NCBI GenBank assembly: GCA_048772705.1
Contig: JBLWGC010000026.1
Coordinates: 1-35,545, forward strand
DNA length: 35,545 nucleotides
Reading direction: 5' to 3'
Source: Leidyana gryllorum EB-2025a
Taxonomy: Eukaryota; Protista; Apicomplexa
Position 1 is the stretch's first letter; each line of letters opens with the position of its first letter. The notes under the pieces are model-generated. The model worked only from the letters and a program-made list of their open reading frames with translations. It was not told the origin of the DNA and ran no database searches. The position numbers and the translations under genes were made by a program. Positions 1 through 11,009 of the stretch are shown one piece after another.

Positions 1-460
1 TAGCTCACACCCTAACAGACAAACCATCTAAACCAATATCACTCACACATAACCTTCCAGTCTCTGCTCCATATTCACTTTAGCAAACTGAGCATACTAC
101 ACATCACAGCACAGTTACCAAAATACACGCCATACACTCATACAATCATGCATCTCCAGCTCATATAGTCTCACCAATCAATACATAACAAGCACGATAC
201 CTGTCAACATACTTTAAGCAACGCAGCTATATCGTCACAGTCTTTTATTAGCACAATACACACCACATCAGACCTTACTTGCGCACGCTACAGCAACCGG
301 AACGTGTAGAGAATTGAAAGCTAAACAGTCGCAAACACGCAAACACAGTACAATGCAGCGATAAACAACCACATAAACCACATAATCCAAAAGCAAACAG
401 CAGTCACAACAGCCATCGAAGCCGACCGAAACGCCGAACCAAAGGTTACAGGCAAACTAG
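1..460 (+). mobile_element. 3' part of composite Helitron-like repeat (copy 0), ending in imperfect hairpin + CTAG
   Basis: Closely similar to ~11555-12006 and ~21115-21208. Similarity with copy 1 ends at ...GCCGAACCAAAGGTTACAGGCAAACTAG followed by T(C); CTAG at 457-460. Confidence 0.6.
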
Positions 461-1023
461 TCGGGGTTTGCCGACGTCCTCGGCGGCTGTCCGGACCTCC
501 TGGGGTTATATCCCCTATATGGCTCTCGTCCTGAACGTCCTCTCGGGGGTAACCTACCCGGTGGGGTGTTTACCACACGGGTTTTCGGTCGTGCTTTCGG
601 CGCGGGTCCCGTGATCATTGGGGTTTCCCGCGTGCGGTTTTGCCACTTAGGGCGGGCTAACGGGTGGAAACGGTTTCCAGTGTTAGGCGTGCCAGATATC
701 TCTATGGTAGAGGGTGAGCTCTCTCTGCGAGTGTCGCGTGCCTCGGTATCGCGAGGGAGAGGCTGTATCGGAGGAGCTGGTCGTCCCGATTTTTTACGAG
801 GAATTCGGGGTGATTTGCTGGCTCAAGGTCGGGCTGGGGGGAATTGTCGGCTGGAGGGGCTTCTCCAGCCGACGACCGAGCAACCACCGGTGTAGAACCG
901 TGGATCCCAGAGAAGCGCAGCCTGGGCCCGGATGTTCGAAGTCATCCGCGGGGCATTGGGGCGCCGCGCGGCAGGCGCGGGGGACTTCTTGGGAGCGGGG
1001 GTCTTTTTACCCTTGGGGGCCAT
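461..1023 (-). pseudogene. Pro/Arg/Lys-rich ORF1/Gag-like reading frame with one internal stop, truncated by the Helitron-like repeat
   Basis: Frame MAPKGKKTPAPKK... continues past a single TGA (823-825) as ASKSPRIPRKK...GNRFHPL...TSANPD. It closes only at the TAG supplied by the inserted CTAG end. Confidence 0.45.
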
Positions 1024-1093
1024 TCTTAGTTCAGCGGTTACGTTTATACACTCTCGCGTACGTACTCTGCTCTGTAAAAATACCGTCCTACAT

Positions 1094-1112
1094 CGGGAGA
1101 CGGCGTCTCCCG
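1094..1112. promoter_or_regulatory. Palindrome CGGGAGACG-G-CGTCTCCCG upstream of the ORF1-like frame
   Basis: Perfect 9-bp arms, ~70 bp upstream of the ATG at 1023. Shares the GGAGAC core with the LTR hairpins. Confidence 0.35.
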
Positions 1113-1149
1113 TCTCCCCTACTACTACTACCCGTGTCCTGGGCTAATC

Positions 1150-2421
1150 ACACACTTGTTTCCTACTTGCTTGCTACTTGTTTGATACTTCTTTGAAACT
1201 TGTTTGCCACATGCTTTACACTTGCTTCCCACTTCTTTGCCACATCTTTCATACTTCTTTGACACTCAGTTGAGACTTGTTCGCCACATGTTAAACACTT
1301 TTCTGCCACATATTTCACACTTGTTTGATACTCGTTTGACACGTGCTTGCCACTTCTTCGCCACATGTTTAACACTTGTTTGAAACTCCGTTGAGACTTG
1401 TTCACCACATGTTTAACACTTTTTTCCCACATGTTCCACACTTGTTTGACACTCGTTTGAAACTTGTTTGCCGCATGCTTTACACTTGCTTGCCAGTTCT
1501 TTGCCACATGTTTAACACTTGTTTGAAACTCCGTTGAGACTTGTTCGCCACATGTTTAACACTTTTTTGCCACATGTTCCACACTTGTTTGACACTCGTT
1601 TGACACTTGTTTGCGACATGTTTGCGACATCTTTGGCACTTGTTTGCCACATGCTTTACACTTGCTTGCCAGTTCTTTGCCACATGTTTAACACTTGTTT
1701 GAAACTCCGTTGAGACTTGTTCGCCACATGTTTAACACTTTTTTGCCACATGTTCCACACTTGTTTGACACTCGTTTGACACTTGTTTGCGACATGTTTG
1801 CGACATGTTTGCGACATTTTTGGCACTTGTTTGCCACATGCTTTACACTTGTTTGCCAGTTCTTTGCCACATGTTTAACACTTGTTTGAAACTCCGTTGA
1901 GACTTGTTCGCCACATGTTTAACACTTTTTTGCCACATGTTCCACACTTGTTTGACACTCGTTTGACACTTGTTTGCGACATGTTTGCGACATCTTTTGG
2001 CACTTGTTTGCCACATGCTTTACACTTGTTTGCCAGTTCTTTGCCACATGTTTAACACTTGTTTGAAACTCCGTTGAGACTTGTTCGCCACATGTTTAAC
2101 ACTTTTTTGCCACATGCTTTACACTTGCTTGCCAGTTCTTTGCCACATGTTTAACACTTGTTTGAAACTCCGTTGAGACTTGTTCGCCACATGTTTAACA
2201 CTTTTTTGCCACATGTTCCACACTTGTTTCACACTCGTTTGACACTTGTTTGCGACATGTTTGCGACATCTTTGGCACTTGTTTGCCACATGCTTTACAC
2301 TTGTTTGCGAGTTGTTTGCAACATGTCTGAGACTTGTTGCGAACTTGTTTGACCCTTGCTTCGCGACATGTTTCACACTTGTTTGCAACATGTTCCAGGC
2401 TTGTTTGACACTGGTTTCCGA
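1150..2421. repeat. Satellite array 1: 11-bp monomers (ACACTTGTTTG/CCACATGTTTA type) in variable higher-order repeats
   Basis: Marker GAAACTCCGTTGAGAC starts at 1382, 1525, 1701, 1888, 2065, 2164. Spacings are 143, 176, 187, 177, 99, i.e. multiples of 11 with one +1. Confidence 0.95.
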
Positions 2422-2609
2422 TGTAATCTGGCCTACTCTGCTGCGCCGAGGGTGCCACTAGGCTTCTGTTTCTTAGATCCATCGTAAGTGTCCCGTTAGT
2501 CGTCGAGCAACAAAAAACAATCTGCACACGTGTGTCTATCTGCGTGTCTCTGTGTCTCCGTGACCGGGCCGGCCGGCACCGGAGACACAGAGACGTTGTC
2601 ACTACTACA
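2422..2609 (-). repeat. Element A 3' LTR
   Basis: TGTAAT...ACTACA, identical to 7115-7302 and adjacent to the polypurine tract. Confidence 0.95.
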
Positions 2610-5600
2610 CTCCTCCCCCTCCTTCCTGAGGAAAAGGGTTGCGGGGGTTCTGTTGATTCCACTTGGTTCTGAACTCTTCCACTAAGTCCGCGCCTTCTGC
2701 TTCCATCACTGTAGTCGCTGATTCCCAAGTCTTATCCGTGTAGCCCGCCCACTTCACGAGATATTCTATTCCCCCATGTGTCGGGCGCCATCCGACTATC
2801 GACTCCATGATATAGAGTTGTTCTGGTGGACTCGTTAGTGGGTCGGCTGGTGTGATGGGTTCTGGTAGTGCGTTGTATGGTTCGAGTCGGCTGATGTGGA
2901 ACTTGGGGAACAGTCCCCAGGACTGCGGTAGGTCCAGTACGTATGTCTCGTTGCTAGTCTTTCTGAGGATGCGGAATGGTCCGCAGAATGGCAGTGTCAG
3001 CTTGTTGCTAGGTACGTGGGTGAGGTCCTTCGTTTTCAGCAGAACTAGTTGGTTCTCTTCCAGTTGTTGTTCTTGTCTTCGTCGATCTGCCGTTCCTTTC
3101 TGTCGTTCGGACGCCTGTTTCAATCGGTCATAGGCCTCCTGTAGTTTCTGCATATACAACTTCCCCATCGTTGATCGTTGAGAACAGATGTCATGTAGAT
3201 TCGACGGGATGAACGTTGTCCTACCCGTGTCCAGTTCCAGCGGCGTCATACCTGTGGATGTCTGCACTGCTGAGTTGTAAGCCATCTCAGTGCTGGCTAT
3301 GTGGCGAGCCCAGTGGCTCGTGTGCCCTGCGAGTGCGCATCTGAGTATCTGTATCGTGGACCGATTCGCTCTCTCTGTCAGTCCATTGCTCTGTGGATGT
3401 CTTGAGGTTGTCATGGCTAGATTCACCCCCACTGAAGTCATTAACGCCTGCCAAAACTTAGCCGTGAACCGTGTGTCCCGATCTGAAATCACTTTCCGTG
3501 GTAGTCCGTGTATTCTGGCCACGTTCTCCAGAAATAGTTGAGCAGCTCCCTCTGATGTGATGGTTTTGCAGCATGGTATGAGTCGTATTCGTCTTGTCAG
3601 GCGGTCGGTTACCACCATAAGGTAATCTTGATTGGACTCTGCATCGCGGGGCAGTTCCAAGAAATCCAATCCCACCTCCGTCCACGGGAGCGTGGGGTTA
3701 GATATTGGGTGCAAAAGGCCATAGGGTCGGTGATTTCTCTTCTTTGCCCGCTGGCACACATCGCATGTTCTGCAGTACTCGATGACGTCGGCACCCATGC
3801 CGCGCCAGGCAAAAAGCGCCCTCACCCGGCCGACCGTCTTGTCGGCCGCCAGATGACCAGCCAGTGCACTGTCGTGGCTGTCGTGTATGATCCGCTTGAT
3901 CAATTGGTCGTCGGCGGGTATCTCAATCACGCCCTCTGGCGTGACCGGGACTCCGCGTATCCATTGGACCTCTCCGAATTTGCCTGCTTCCTCGGGTCTT
4001 TGTCGCCATGCCTCCCTGATCTGGTGCTCTAGTGAGGTCCCACTGCTGCTCTCTTCCGTGCTCGCTATTTCGGTCAGGGTTTGTTGCTGTTCCACGTGAA
4101 AGCATTCCCTTAAAGTGTCGTCCTTCTTTTCGGAATTTTTGCGGGGTCTACTCAGGAGATCCGCTATCACGTTCTGAGTACCCTTTATGTATTGGATTTC
4201 GATGTTGAGTTCGGCTAACGTGGCGAGCCACCGAACCTGTCTATCTGACAAGTGATTTTGGGTAAGGAGGTGGGTTAAGGGTTTGTGATCCGTTCTGATA
4301 AGCGTCTTCCTGCCGATCAACAAATATCGCCAATGTCGGCATGCCGTGACGATGGCCGTGAGTTCTCTCTCATGCGTAGGATAGCGCTGCTGTGTTGAGG
4401 TGAGTGTTTTGGAGAGGAACTCTATCGGTTTCAGGCCATCCGAGGTCTTCTCTTGTAATACAGCACCTATCGCTGTGAGGCTCGCATCTGCGTCGATGAC
4501 TAATTCCTTTATCTCGGGAGTTGGGAAATGGAGTTGTGTGGCGTTTATTAGTTGTGTCTTGAGCCCTTCGAGTGCTGCTACCCTTGCCTCTGTCCTCTCG
4601 ATTTTGTCTCCTGGTTTTTTCAGGCCGTGAGTGGCTTCATAAAGTGGTGTTGCTATGGCGGCGAAGTGACTAATGAATCTTCTATAGTAGTTGAACGTCC
4701 CCAAGACGCTCTGCATTTCTTTCAGCGTCCTCGGAAATTCAATCTGTCGCAGGGCCTCCGTTCGTTCTTTGATTGGTCGAATCCCTGTCTTGGATACAAT
4801 GTGACCCAGGAATTGCACTTCATGTTTGAAGAAGTGGGATTTGCGGGTGTGAATCACCAATCGTTCTTGATGCAATCGCTCTATCACCGTTGTCAGATGT
4901 CTTGCATGGTCCGCTTCACTCTTCCAGTATACCAGTACATCATCAAGGTATACAAATACCGACTGTCCAATAAGATCTCCCAATATACCGTTCATCAACA
5001 CCATGAATGTGGCTGGTGCGTTCGTGAGGCCGTTAGGCATCACTAGCCACTCGTATAATCCCCATGGCGTTGCGAAGGCTGTCAAGTGAGCGGAGTCGGG
5101 GTCCATGCGTACCTGATGGTATCCGGACTTGAGATCTAGGGTCGAAAACCATTGTGCGCCCGCTAGGCATTGCAACGCGTCTTCCAATGACGGTATGGGG
5201 GATGCTACCTTTCTCGATGCTTCGTTGAGGCGTCGATAGTCACAAACAAGCCGTGGTACCGCCGTGTCTTTCTTTGGCACGAAAAGACAGGGCGATGCCC
5301 AGCTGGATGAGCTTAGCCTTATTTTGCCCAGCTTTGTGAGGGTTGTGATCTGCTGTCGCAATTCGCCCATGAACTGCTGCGCTATCCGGTACGGTTGTCG
5401 GACAAACGGTCTGACCGCTGGGTCTTTCAACTCAATTCGATGGTCCACCCCTTTCCTTATAGGCGGCATGGGTGGTGTTTCTGCGAATATCGTGGGTCTG
5501 TCCGTCAATATGTGGAGATGCTGCACTGGGATGTCTATCGGCTCTTTTATGGGTTCGAATGACGAAGCCTTGGTTGCTACGTATGCCTCCCTTAAATCAC

Positions 5601-6072
5601 TCCTCATCCACTGATTAGTGGTTGTCGCTAGATTGAGAGGGATCATCACTCCTTCCAGGATGCAGATACGTTGATTCTCCCCTACCGCTATGCACAGCTG
5701 GAGTCGTTCGATGGCTTGTGTTGGTAGGATCAATTCGTAGGGTAAGCCCCCCACCACCGCGGCTTTGAGGGTCATGGACCTCCCTTTCGGGGTAATGACT
5801 TGCACTCTGGTCGTTGGGTAAGTGTTCGCCCCCGCCACGCCTCTCAACGTCACAGTCTCCTCCAGGCTTTTTAGTCGTAATTGGTGTAGCATTTCCTCTT
5901 GAATGCACGCCATATCTGCACCCGTATCGATCAATACGCAGGCATCTCTTCGCGTTTCATCTTGCTCTGGGTTCGCTATCTCCCACCGCGTTGTCACAGT
6001 AGGCACGGTTGTTCCTGGCTCCCTTCCCCTTGGATTCCACTCGCCACGTGATCCTGGGAGTCCGTAAAATCC
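2605..6072 (-). CDS. pol: Pol of element A (aspartic protease, RT, RNase H, integrase, chromodomain), expressed by -1 frameshift
   Basis: LIDTGA; LDLKSGYHQ, YLDD; DADAS..ERELTA..TDHKPL; HHCC zinc finger; D,D35E core; GPF; YLVKWAGY..TWE. The frame is open back to the GGATTTT at 6066-6072. Confidence 0.95.
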   Translation of the reverse strand, partial: GFYGLPGSRGEWNPRGREPGTTVPTVTTRWEIANPEQDETRRDACVLIDTGADMACIQEEMLHQLRLKSLEETVTLRGVAGANTYPTTRVQVITPKGRSMTLKAAVVGGLPYELILPTQAIERLQLCIAVGENQRICILEGVMIPLNLATTTNQWMRSDLREAYVATKASSFEPIKEPIDIPVQHLHILTDRPTIFAETPPMPPIRKGVDHRIELKDPAVRPFVRQPYRIAQQFMGELRQQITTLTKLGKIRLSSSSWASPCLFVPKKDTAVPRLVCDYRRLNEASRKVASPIPSLEDALQCLAGAQWFSTLDLKSGYHQVRMDPDSAHLTAFATPWGLYEWLVMPNGLTNAPATFMVLMNGILGDLIGQSVFVYLDDVLVYWKSEADHARHLTTVIERLHQERLVIHTRKSHFFKHEVQFLGHIVSKTGIRPIKERTEALRQIEFPRTLKEMQSVLGTFNYYRRFISHFAAIATPLYEATHGLKKPGDKIERTEARVAALEGLKTQLINATQLHFPTPEIKELVIDADASLTAIGAVLQEKTSDGLKPIEFLSKTLTSTQQRYPTHERELTAIVTACRHWRYLLIGRKTLIRTDHKPLTHLLTQNHLSDRQVRWLATLAELNIEIQYIKGTQNVIADLLSRPRKNSEKKDDTLRECFHVEQQQTLTEIASTEESSSGTSLEHQIREAWRQRPEEAGKFGEVQWIRGVPVTPEGVIEIPADDQLIKRIIHDSHDSALAGHLAADKTVGRVRALFAWRGMGADVIEYCRTCDVCQRAKKRNHRPYGLLHPISNPTLPWTEVGLDFLELPRDAESNQDYLMVVTDRLTRRIRLIPCCKTITSEGAAQLFLENVARIHGLPRKVISDRDTRFTAKFWQALMTSVGVNLAMTTSRHPQSNGLTERANRSTIQILRCALAGHTSHWARHIASTEMAYNSAVQTSTGMTPLELDTGRTTFIPSNLHDICSQRSTMGKLYMQKLQEAYDRLKQASERQKGTADRRRQEQQLEENQLVLLKTKDLTHVPSNKLTLPFCGPFRILRKTSNETYVLDLPQSWGLFPKFHISRLEPYNALPEPITPADPLTSPPEQLYIMESIVGWRPTHGGIEYLVKWAGYTDKTWESATTVMEAEGADLVEEFRTKWNQQNPRNPFPQEGGGGV
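2610..2627 (-). other. Polypurine tract of element A
   Basis: AGGAAGGAGGGGGAGGAG on the minus strand immediately before the 3' LTR. Confidence 0.85.
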
Positions 6073-7175
6073 TCTCGGTGTTGGACAGTGAAGACTCTGC
6101 GTGCCTTCTGGTTCGTTGCATGATGTCTATCCGGTGCAGCTCGCCTTTTGGCCGTGACTCCATCACTACGGCTGAGCGGGCATTTCCATGCCATGTGATC
6201 TTGACTTCCACAATTGTAGCATCGCCTCTCCTTTGTACAAATCTCATGCGAGAAGGGACACTTTTCTCCCACGCGTGGTGGCTGTCGTGAAATTGCCAGG
6301 CAGTACTCTGGCCTCGTGGTTGGAGCCTGTGTGAGTAATGCGTACTGAAGCGCTCGATCATAAATGCTGTCCAGCTCCATTCCTAGACAGGATATGAGGG
6401 CCACCCGGTCCTTTTCTGGCAGTCCTCTGAAGAATAGATTGCTGAGAGCCGTTTTCCCCACTGAGCTTTCTATCTCTCTGGTGAGATTCCGGAATTCGGA
6501 CACGTAGGTCTCCATACTCCCTGACTTCGTCAGCTTCGTAAGTTTGGTCAGGTCGTCGTTCAGTGACTCATTGGTATCGAAAGCGGTTATCATTTTGTTG
6601 CGAAATTCTATCCACGTGCTGTCTAAGATACTGGGTCTTGCTAGGAACCACCTGGCTGCCGCTCCCGTTAAAAGTCTGCATGCCGCTCGAACCTTGCTTC
6701 GATCCTTTTGAATATCGCTCGCCACGAATCTGGCAGAACAACCATCAAGCCAGTCCCTGGCTTTGCCAAACTCCTTGCCACTGAAGGGATCGTGTTTCCT
6801 GAGTGCCTGCTCCGCCCGTGTTTCATCGGTCATGCCATCTTCTCCGCCCGTCTGCTTCGAGGGTCCGTTGGTCCGCCTTTGTTCACTTAGAGCCTCTGCT
6901 GCAATTCTGATCGCAATACGGATAAAATCCGATTCTGATACTGTTTCCAATTGGTCTAGTAGTCCGCCACCTTGATCCGCGCGATCCCTTGGTCCTTTCG
7001 TCGCGTAATCCGATTCCAACGCTGTAGGGTGTTGCTGTGCCGCGCTAGTCGTACTTTCGCTCTCCTGTTGGGTATTTAGTTCCTCCGGTCGATGTTGATA
7101 CGCACTGCTACCAGTGTAATCTGGCCTACTCTGCTGCGCCGAGGGTGCCACTAGGCTTCTGTTTCTTAGATCCAT
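5994..7175 (-). CDS. gag: Gag of element A (start proposed at ATG 7175 inside the 5' LTR)
   Basis: Retrotransposon capsid-like motifs (PFSG..WL, LTGAAARW, FFRGL) and CYNCGSQDHMAWKC zinc knuckle. Start position is inferred. Confidence 0.85.
   Translation of the reverse strand: MDLRNRSLVAPSAQQSRPDYTGSSAYQHRPEELNTQQESESTTSAAQQHPTALESDYATKGPRDRADQGGGLLDQLETVSESDFIRIAIRIAAEALSEQRRTNGPSKQTGGEDGMTDETRAEQALRKHDPFSGKEFGKARDWLDGCSARFVASDIQKDRSKVRAACRLLTGAAARWFLARPSILDSTWIEFRNKMITAFDTNESLNDDLTKLTKLTKSGSMETYVSEFRNLTREIESSVGKTALSNLFFRGLPEKDRVALISCLGMELDSIYDRALQYALLTQAPTTRPEYCLAISRQPPRVGEKCPFSHEICTKERRCYNCGSQDHMAWKCPLSRSDGVTAKRRAAPDRHHATNQKARRVFTVQHREDFTDSQDHVASGIQGEGSQEQPCLL
7103..7113 (-). other. Primer binding site TGGTAGCAGTG (initiator tRNA-Met type)
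   Basis: One nucleotide after the 5' LTR; the same 11-mer follows the element C LTR (15660-15670). Confidence 0.8.
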
Positions 7176-7302
7176 CGTAAGTGTCCCGTTAGTCGTCGAG
7201 CAACAAAAAACAATCTGCACACGTGTGTCTATCTGCGTGTCTCTGTGTCTCCGTGACCGGGCCGGCCGGCACCGGAGACACAGAGACGTTGTCACTACTA
7301 CA
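7115..7302 (-). repeat. Element A 5' LTR
   Basis: Identical to 2422-2609 and followed by the PBS. Confidence 0.95.
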
Positions 7303-7454
7303 AAGAATGGACTATGCTACACATGTGGAGGAAGCGGACATCTTGCCCCGAATTGCCCTCATCGCGGGCAGCGGAAACCCCAACCAACTCCAAAACGCAA
7401 CTTTCCAATCACAACCAGCCTCACAGAGGACGAACAACACCATCTCGGCAGCGA

Positions 7455-10400
7455 GGATTTTCCCGAACGCCCCCACTCACAGTGATGGAGATCGGGGGCG
7501 CCAAGATCTTCCGAGCGGGAACGCAACGCAACGCCGCAGTCAGATGGTGGATAGGAACCAACGAGAAGCGCATTGCTGCGCTGTGTTTAGTGGACACGGG
7601 GGCGGAGCTTAATATTATCAGTCCAAACATGGTCAGGCAACTCAACCTAGCAGTGGACGAAAAGGCGGCAACCGAACTACACGGCATTGGCAACCAGCGA
7701 ACAGATGGCGAAGTATGGGTCCAATTAACCACACAAGGCGAACAACAGTACCAGCTACGTTTTCAAGTCGCGGAAGTGAAGCCTTATGACGTGATCTTGG
7801 GTGTGGACACTATTTGCGCACTCCGATTGGCAATTGGGACCAACCAAAGAGGAGAACTCACTATCCTCGAGCGGAAGGCACTAGAAGACCTGGACGACAA
7901 ACGACAAGTATGGCAACTCACTACAGCAACGGCACTCACCATCAAAGTTCCCGCCCAAGAGGAGTGGATCACCCGGGACTTTGGTCACCTCTTCAGAGCC
8001 CCGCAGAGCCGGCCACCATCACGTGGTTTCCATGACTTCGAGATCAAGCTGAAACCTGGAGCGGAACCTCATTTTGAAAGACCCTATGCATGCGGGGAGA
8101 GACAACGCCCGTAAATTGAGAGGCAAGTCCACGAACTACTCCAAATGGGGATGATAGCGAATTCCAAGTCCGAATGGGGGGCTCCGTGCTTCCTCGTCCC
8201 GAAGAAGGACACCCCGATTCCCCGGATGGTGATTAATTATAAACAGCTCAATGACCAGACAGTGACGTACGCCTATCCGATTCCACGGGCGGAAATCACG
8301 GCCCCCGCTCTGAGAGCAGCCAGAGTCTTCTCAAAATTGGACCTCAAGTCCGGATACAATCAGATCCAAGTCAAACAAGAGTCGCAACATCTCACTGCGT
8401 TTTCCACACCAATAGGGAAGTACGAATGGCGAGTGTTGCCATTCGGGCTCAAAAATGCGCCTCCGGCATTTGTGGCCTTCATGGAAGACATTCTAAAGCC
8501 ATGGATAAATCGTTGCTGCATCGCCTACGTCGACGACATATTGGTTTACAGCCCATCAGTTACACAACATCGACTGGACCTTCGACATATTCTTGATGCT
8601 CTGTCCGAGAATGAGCTACATGTGCATCCCAACAAGTCAGTGTTCTTCATAACAGAGGTATCCTTTGTGGGGCAACACCTGTCGGAGAAAGGAATACGGC
8701 CGGACCCAGCAAAACAGGACATTTTCAAAGACTTGCCAAAACCGGATACGATGGGAAGCCTCCGCCATGTGCTGGGAGCCATGACATATTACGCCAAGTA
8801 CATCCCCAGATTTGCGCAACTGGCCGCACCACTTCACAACCTAGTTCAACAGCACCAGAAGAAAGGGGACCGAATTGCCTGGACACCAGACAAGGACCGG
8901 TGTTGGGATAAACTGAAGAAAGCCTTTGCCATGGATCTCACCTTGGGGATAGTGGACGACGAACTACCCTTCCAGGTCTACACCGATGCGAGCAACGAGG
9001 CCGTGGGAGGGACGCTTGAACAAAGACAAGGGGACGAACGCATCATTGTGGAACACTTCAGCTCCAAACTCAACGATACACAACGCAACTGGGCTGTCCA
9101 TGAAAGAGAATTGTGGGCGGTCCTCTGTGCGCTAAAGCGATGGAAACATTACCTGCTGAGTCGCGAGTTCGACATATATACGGACCACAAACCGTTGACA
9201 GCACTGAGCCGATCAAACGCCGCCCTCAGCCCAAAAATTATACGTTGGCTTGTGAAAATCAGCCAGTATCCCGGCCGACTTGACTACATCCCAGGCGAGA
9301 GAAATGTCTTGGCCGACTTACTCAGCCGCTCCGGGACTAGCAGAGCGACAACAGCGGTATTCATGAACACTTCAGATCAGTCAGTAGGCACGGACTTCCA
9401 CCAACGACTACGCACTGCCACCGAAGCCACAACGACGATCCCAGAAGGTTTCGAACGGCAGGGGCAACTCATTATTGATGAGTATGGCAGGATTTACGTT
9501 CCGGACGATGGCGAGCTCAGACGGCTGGTGCTATCAGAGTCCCACGACTCACTGCTGGCTGGGCACTTGGCGCATGACAAGACACTATTGAAGATACGCG
9601 GGCAGTACAACTGGCCCGGCATCACAGAGGATGTGAGGAAATACTGCGCGAATTGCATAGCATGCCAACGATCGAAGACGGTCACAACCAAGCCTTTAGG
9701 TCTCTTAAACCCACTGAACCCCCCGGAACTACCTTGGGAAGCAATCTCTATTGATCTAGTCTCCCTCCCACCAGACCCCGAGAGCGGTAAGGATTGCATC
9801 ATGACGATGATCGATCGCCTGACGAGACGAATCCTGCTCGAACCATGCTCGCTAACAATAGACAAAGTGGGAGTAGCAACGATTCTCATGCAGCGAGTCG
9901 TGCGCGAGCACGGGTATCCGAAGACCATCGTCTCGGACCGAGACCCGAGATGGATCAATGAAATGTGGGATCAACTGCTGCAGGCGTCAGGAACAAAACT
10001 CAAGGCTAGCACAACCGCGCACCCGCAAACGAATGGGCTATTAGAGAGAGCCCATCGTACACTGATACAGATGCTCCGCTGCATATGCACCGACCTCACC
10101 CCCAGCTGGGAAAAGATGATACCAGCACTTGAATTCGCTTACAACTCAATGCCCAGCGCCTCCACTGGCATCAGCCCATTCCAAGCAGAACGAGGATACC
10201 TACCTAGAATTCCACTCACGCTGGGATGTGAACCCTGCTTTAGGGGACTCGAGTTGCACTCAGAGACGGTGACCACACTTCAGGACCGGATAAGAGCTGC
10301 ACAAGCACAACAGAAAGCCAACTTCGACAAGGGCAGACGCGAATGCCATTTCGAAGAAGGGGAGTACGCAATGATTGATACGAGAGGACTGCATGGATGC

Positions 10401-10811
10401 CAACGAGGGAAACTCACAAAACCGTACACTGCTCCGAGACGCATTGTGCGCAGACTGGACAAGGATGTCTACGAGCTAGACATGCCCAGCAACTGGCGGG
10501 GACTGAAACGATTCCACGTGAGTCGTCTGAAGAGATTCACTGGAGAACCCAACCCGACCACCAACGATACCTTCGTGATGGAAAAAGTTTTGGCACAAAC
10601 GCTCGATCACAGAGGACTCAGGTTTCTGATCCAATGGAGCGGATATCCCAGGGAAGCGGCGACGTGGGAGCCTCTAACAACTATCCTCGAGGCCGAAGCG
10701 GTTGATCTAGTTCTGTCCTACCGTCAAGAGTGGAACGCCCGTACTAGAGGGACCCCGTTCACACCTGATGAGCTTAATGGTTTGGATCTTACAAGTGTGG
10801 GAGGAGTGTAG
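7455..10811 (+). pseudogene. pol: Pol of element B with a single in-frame TAA (8112-8114) between protease and RT core
   Basis: ORFs 7314-8114 (LVDTGA) and 8145-10811 (YVDD, RH, IN, chromodomain) are in the same frame. RQRP*IERQVHEL aligns with element C ATKTEIVRQLTEL. Confidence 0.9.
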
Positions 10812-11009
10812 GTACTGTGACCCCCCTTTTTAGTTACATGAACACACGTGTCTCCACGGAGACACCGGCACTACAAACACACGAACTTACCGGAATGACA
10901 ATCAGCACTAGACGCACTAGAAGGCCCAGCATCCTCCCCAGAGCGCTCACTAACAGGAGCAAGAAACAACCAGTAGACCAGGGTGAACTCCCAGAGGAGG
11001 ACACTTACA
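10807..11009 (+). repeat. Element B 3' LTR (203 bp)
   Basis: TGTAGG...CTTACA after GGGAGGAG; homologous to the element C LTR. Confidence 0.85.

Larger units (their letters stand above)
2422..7302 (-). mobile_element. Element A: intact Ty3/Gypsy chromovirus LTR retrotransposon (4881 bp)
   Basis: Identical 188-bp TG..CA LTRs, PBS, PPT, gag with CCHC, and pol with PR-RT-RH-IN-chromodomain. Confidence 0.97.
7303..11009 (+). mobile_element. Element B: 5'-truncated chromovirus (gag C-terminus, pol, 3' LTR)
   Basis: Begins mid-gag (KNGLCYTCGGSGHLAPNC). Carries GGATTTT at 7455-7461, pol, a purine tract, and an LTR at 10807-11009. Confidence 0.92.

Noticed and set aside
1163-2461. Many KQV/KHVANK-repeat ORFs in satellite array 1 (and 18712-20559 in array 2)
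   Set aside because: By-product of an 11-bp period on both strands; unit length is not a multiple of 3 and frames break constantly.
5994-7295. 433-aa gag start at 7295 from the ORF track
   Set aside because: Non-ATG start 7 nt from the LTR's outer end, upstream of the likely promoter hairpin; ATG 7175 matches the pattern in the other LTRs.
8112-8114. Stop-codon readthrough or alternative genetic code in element B pol
   Set aside because: Single TAA at a position where siblings have Glu; A and C are open there. A nonsense mutation or sequencing error is simpler.
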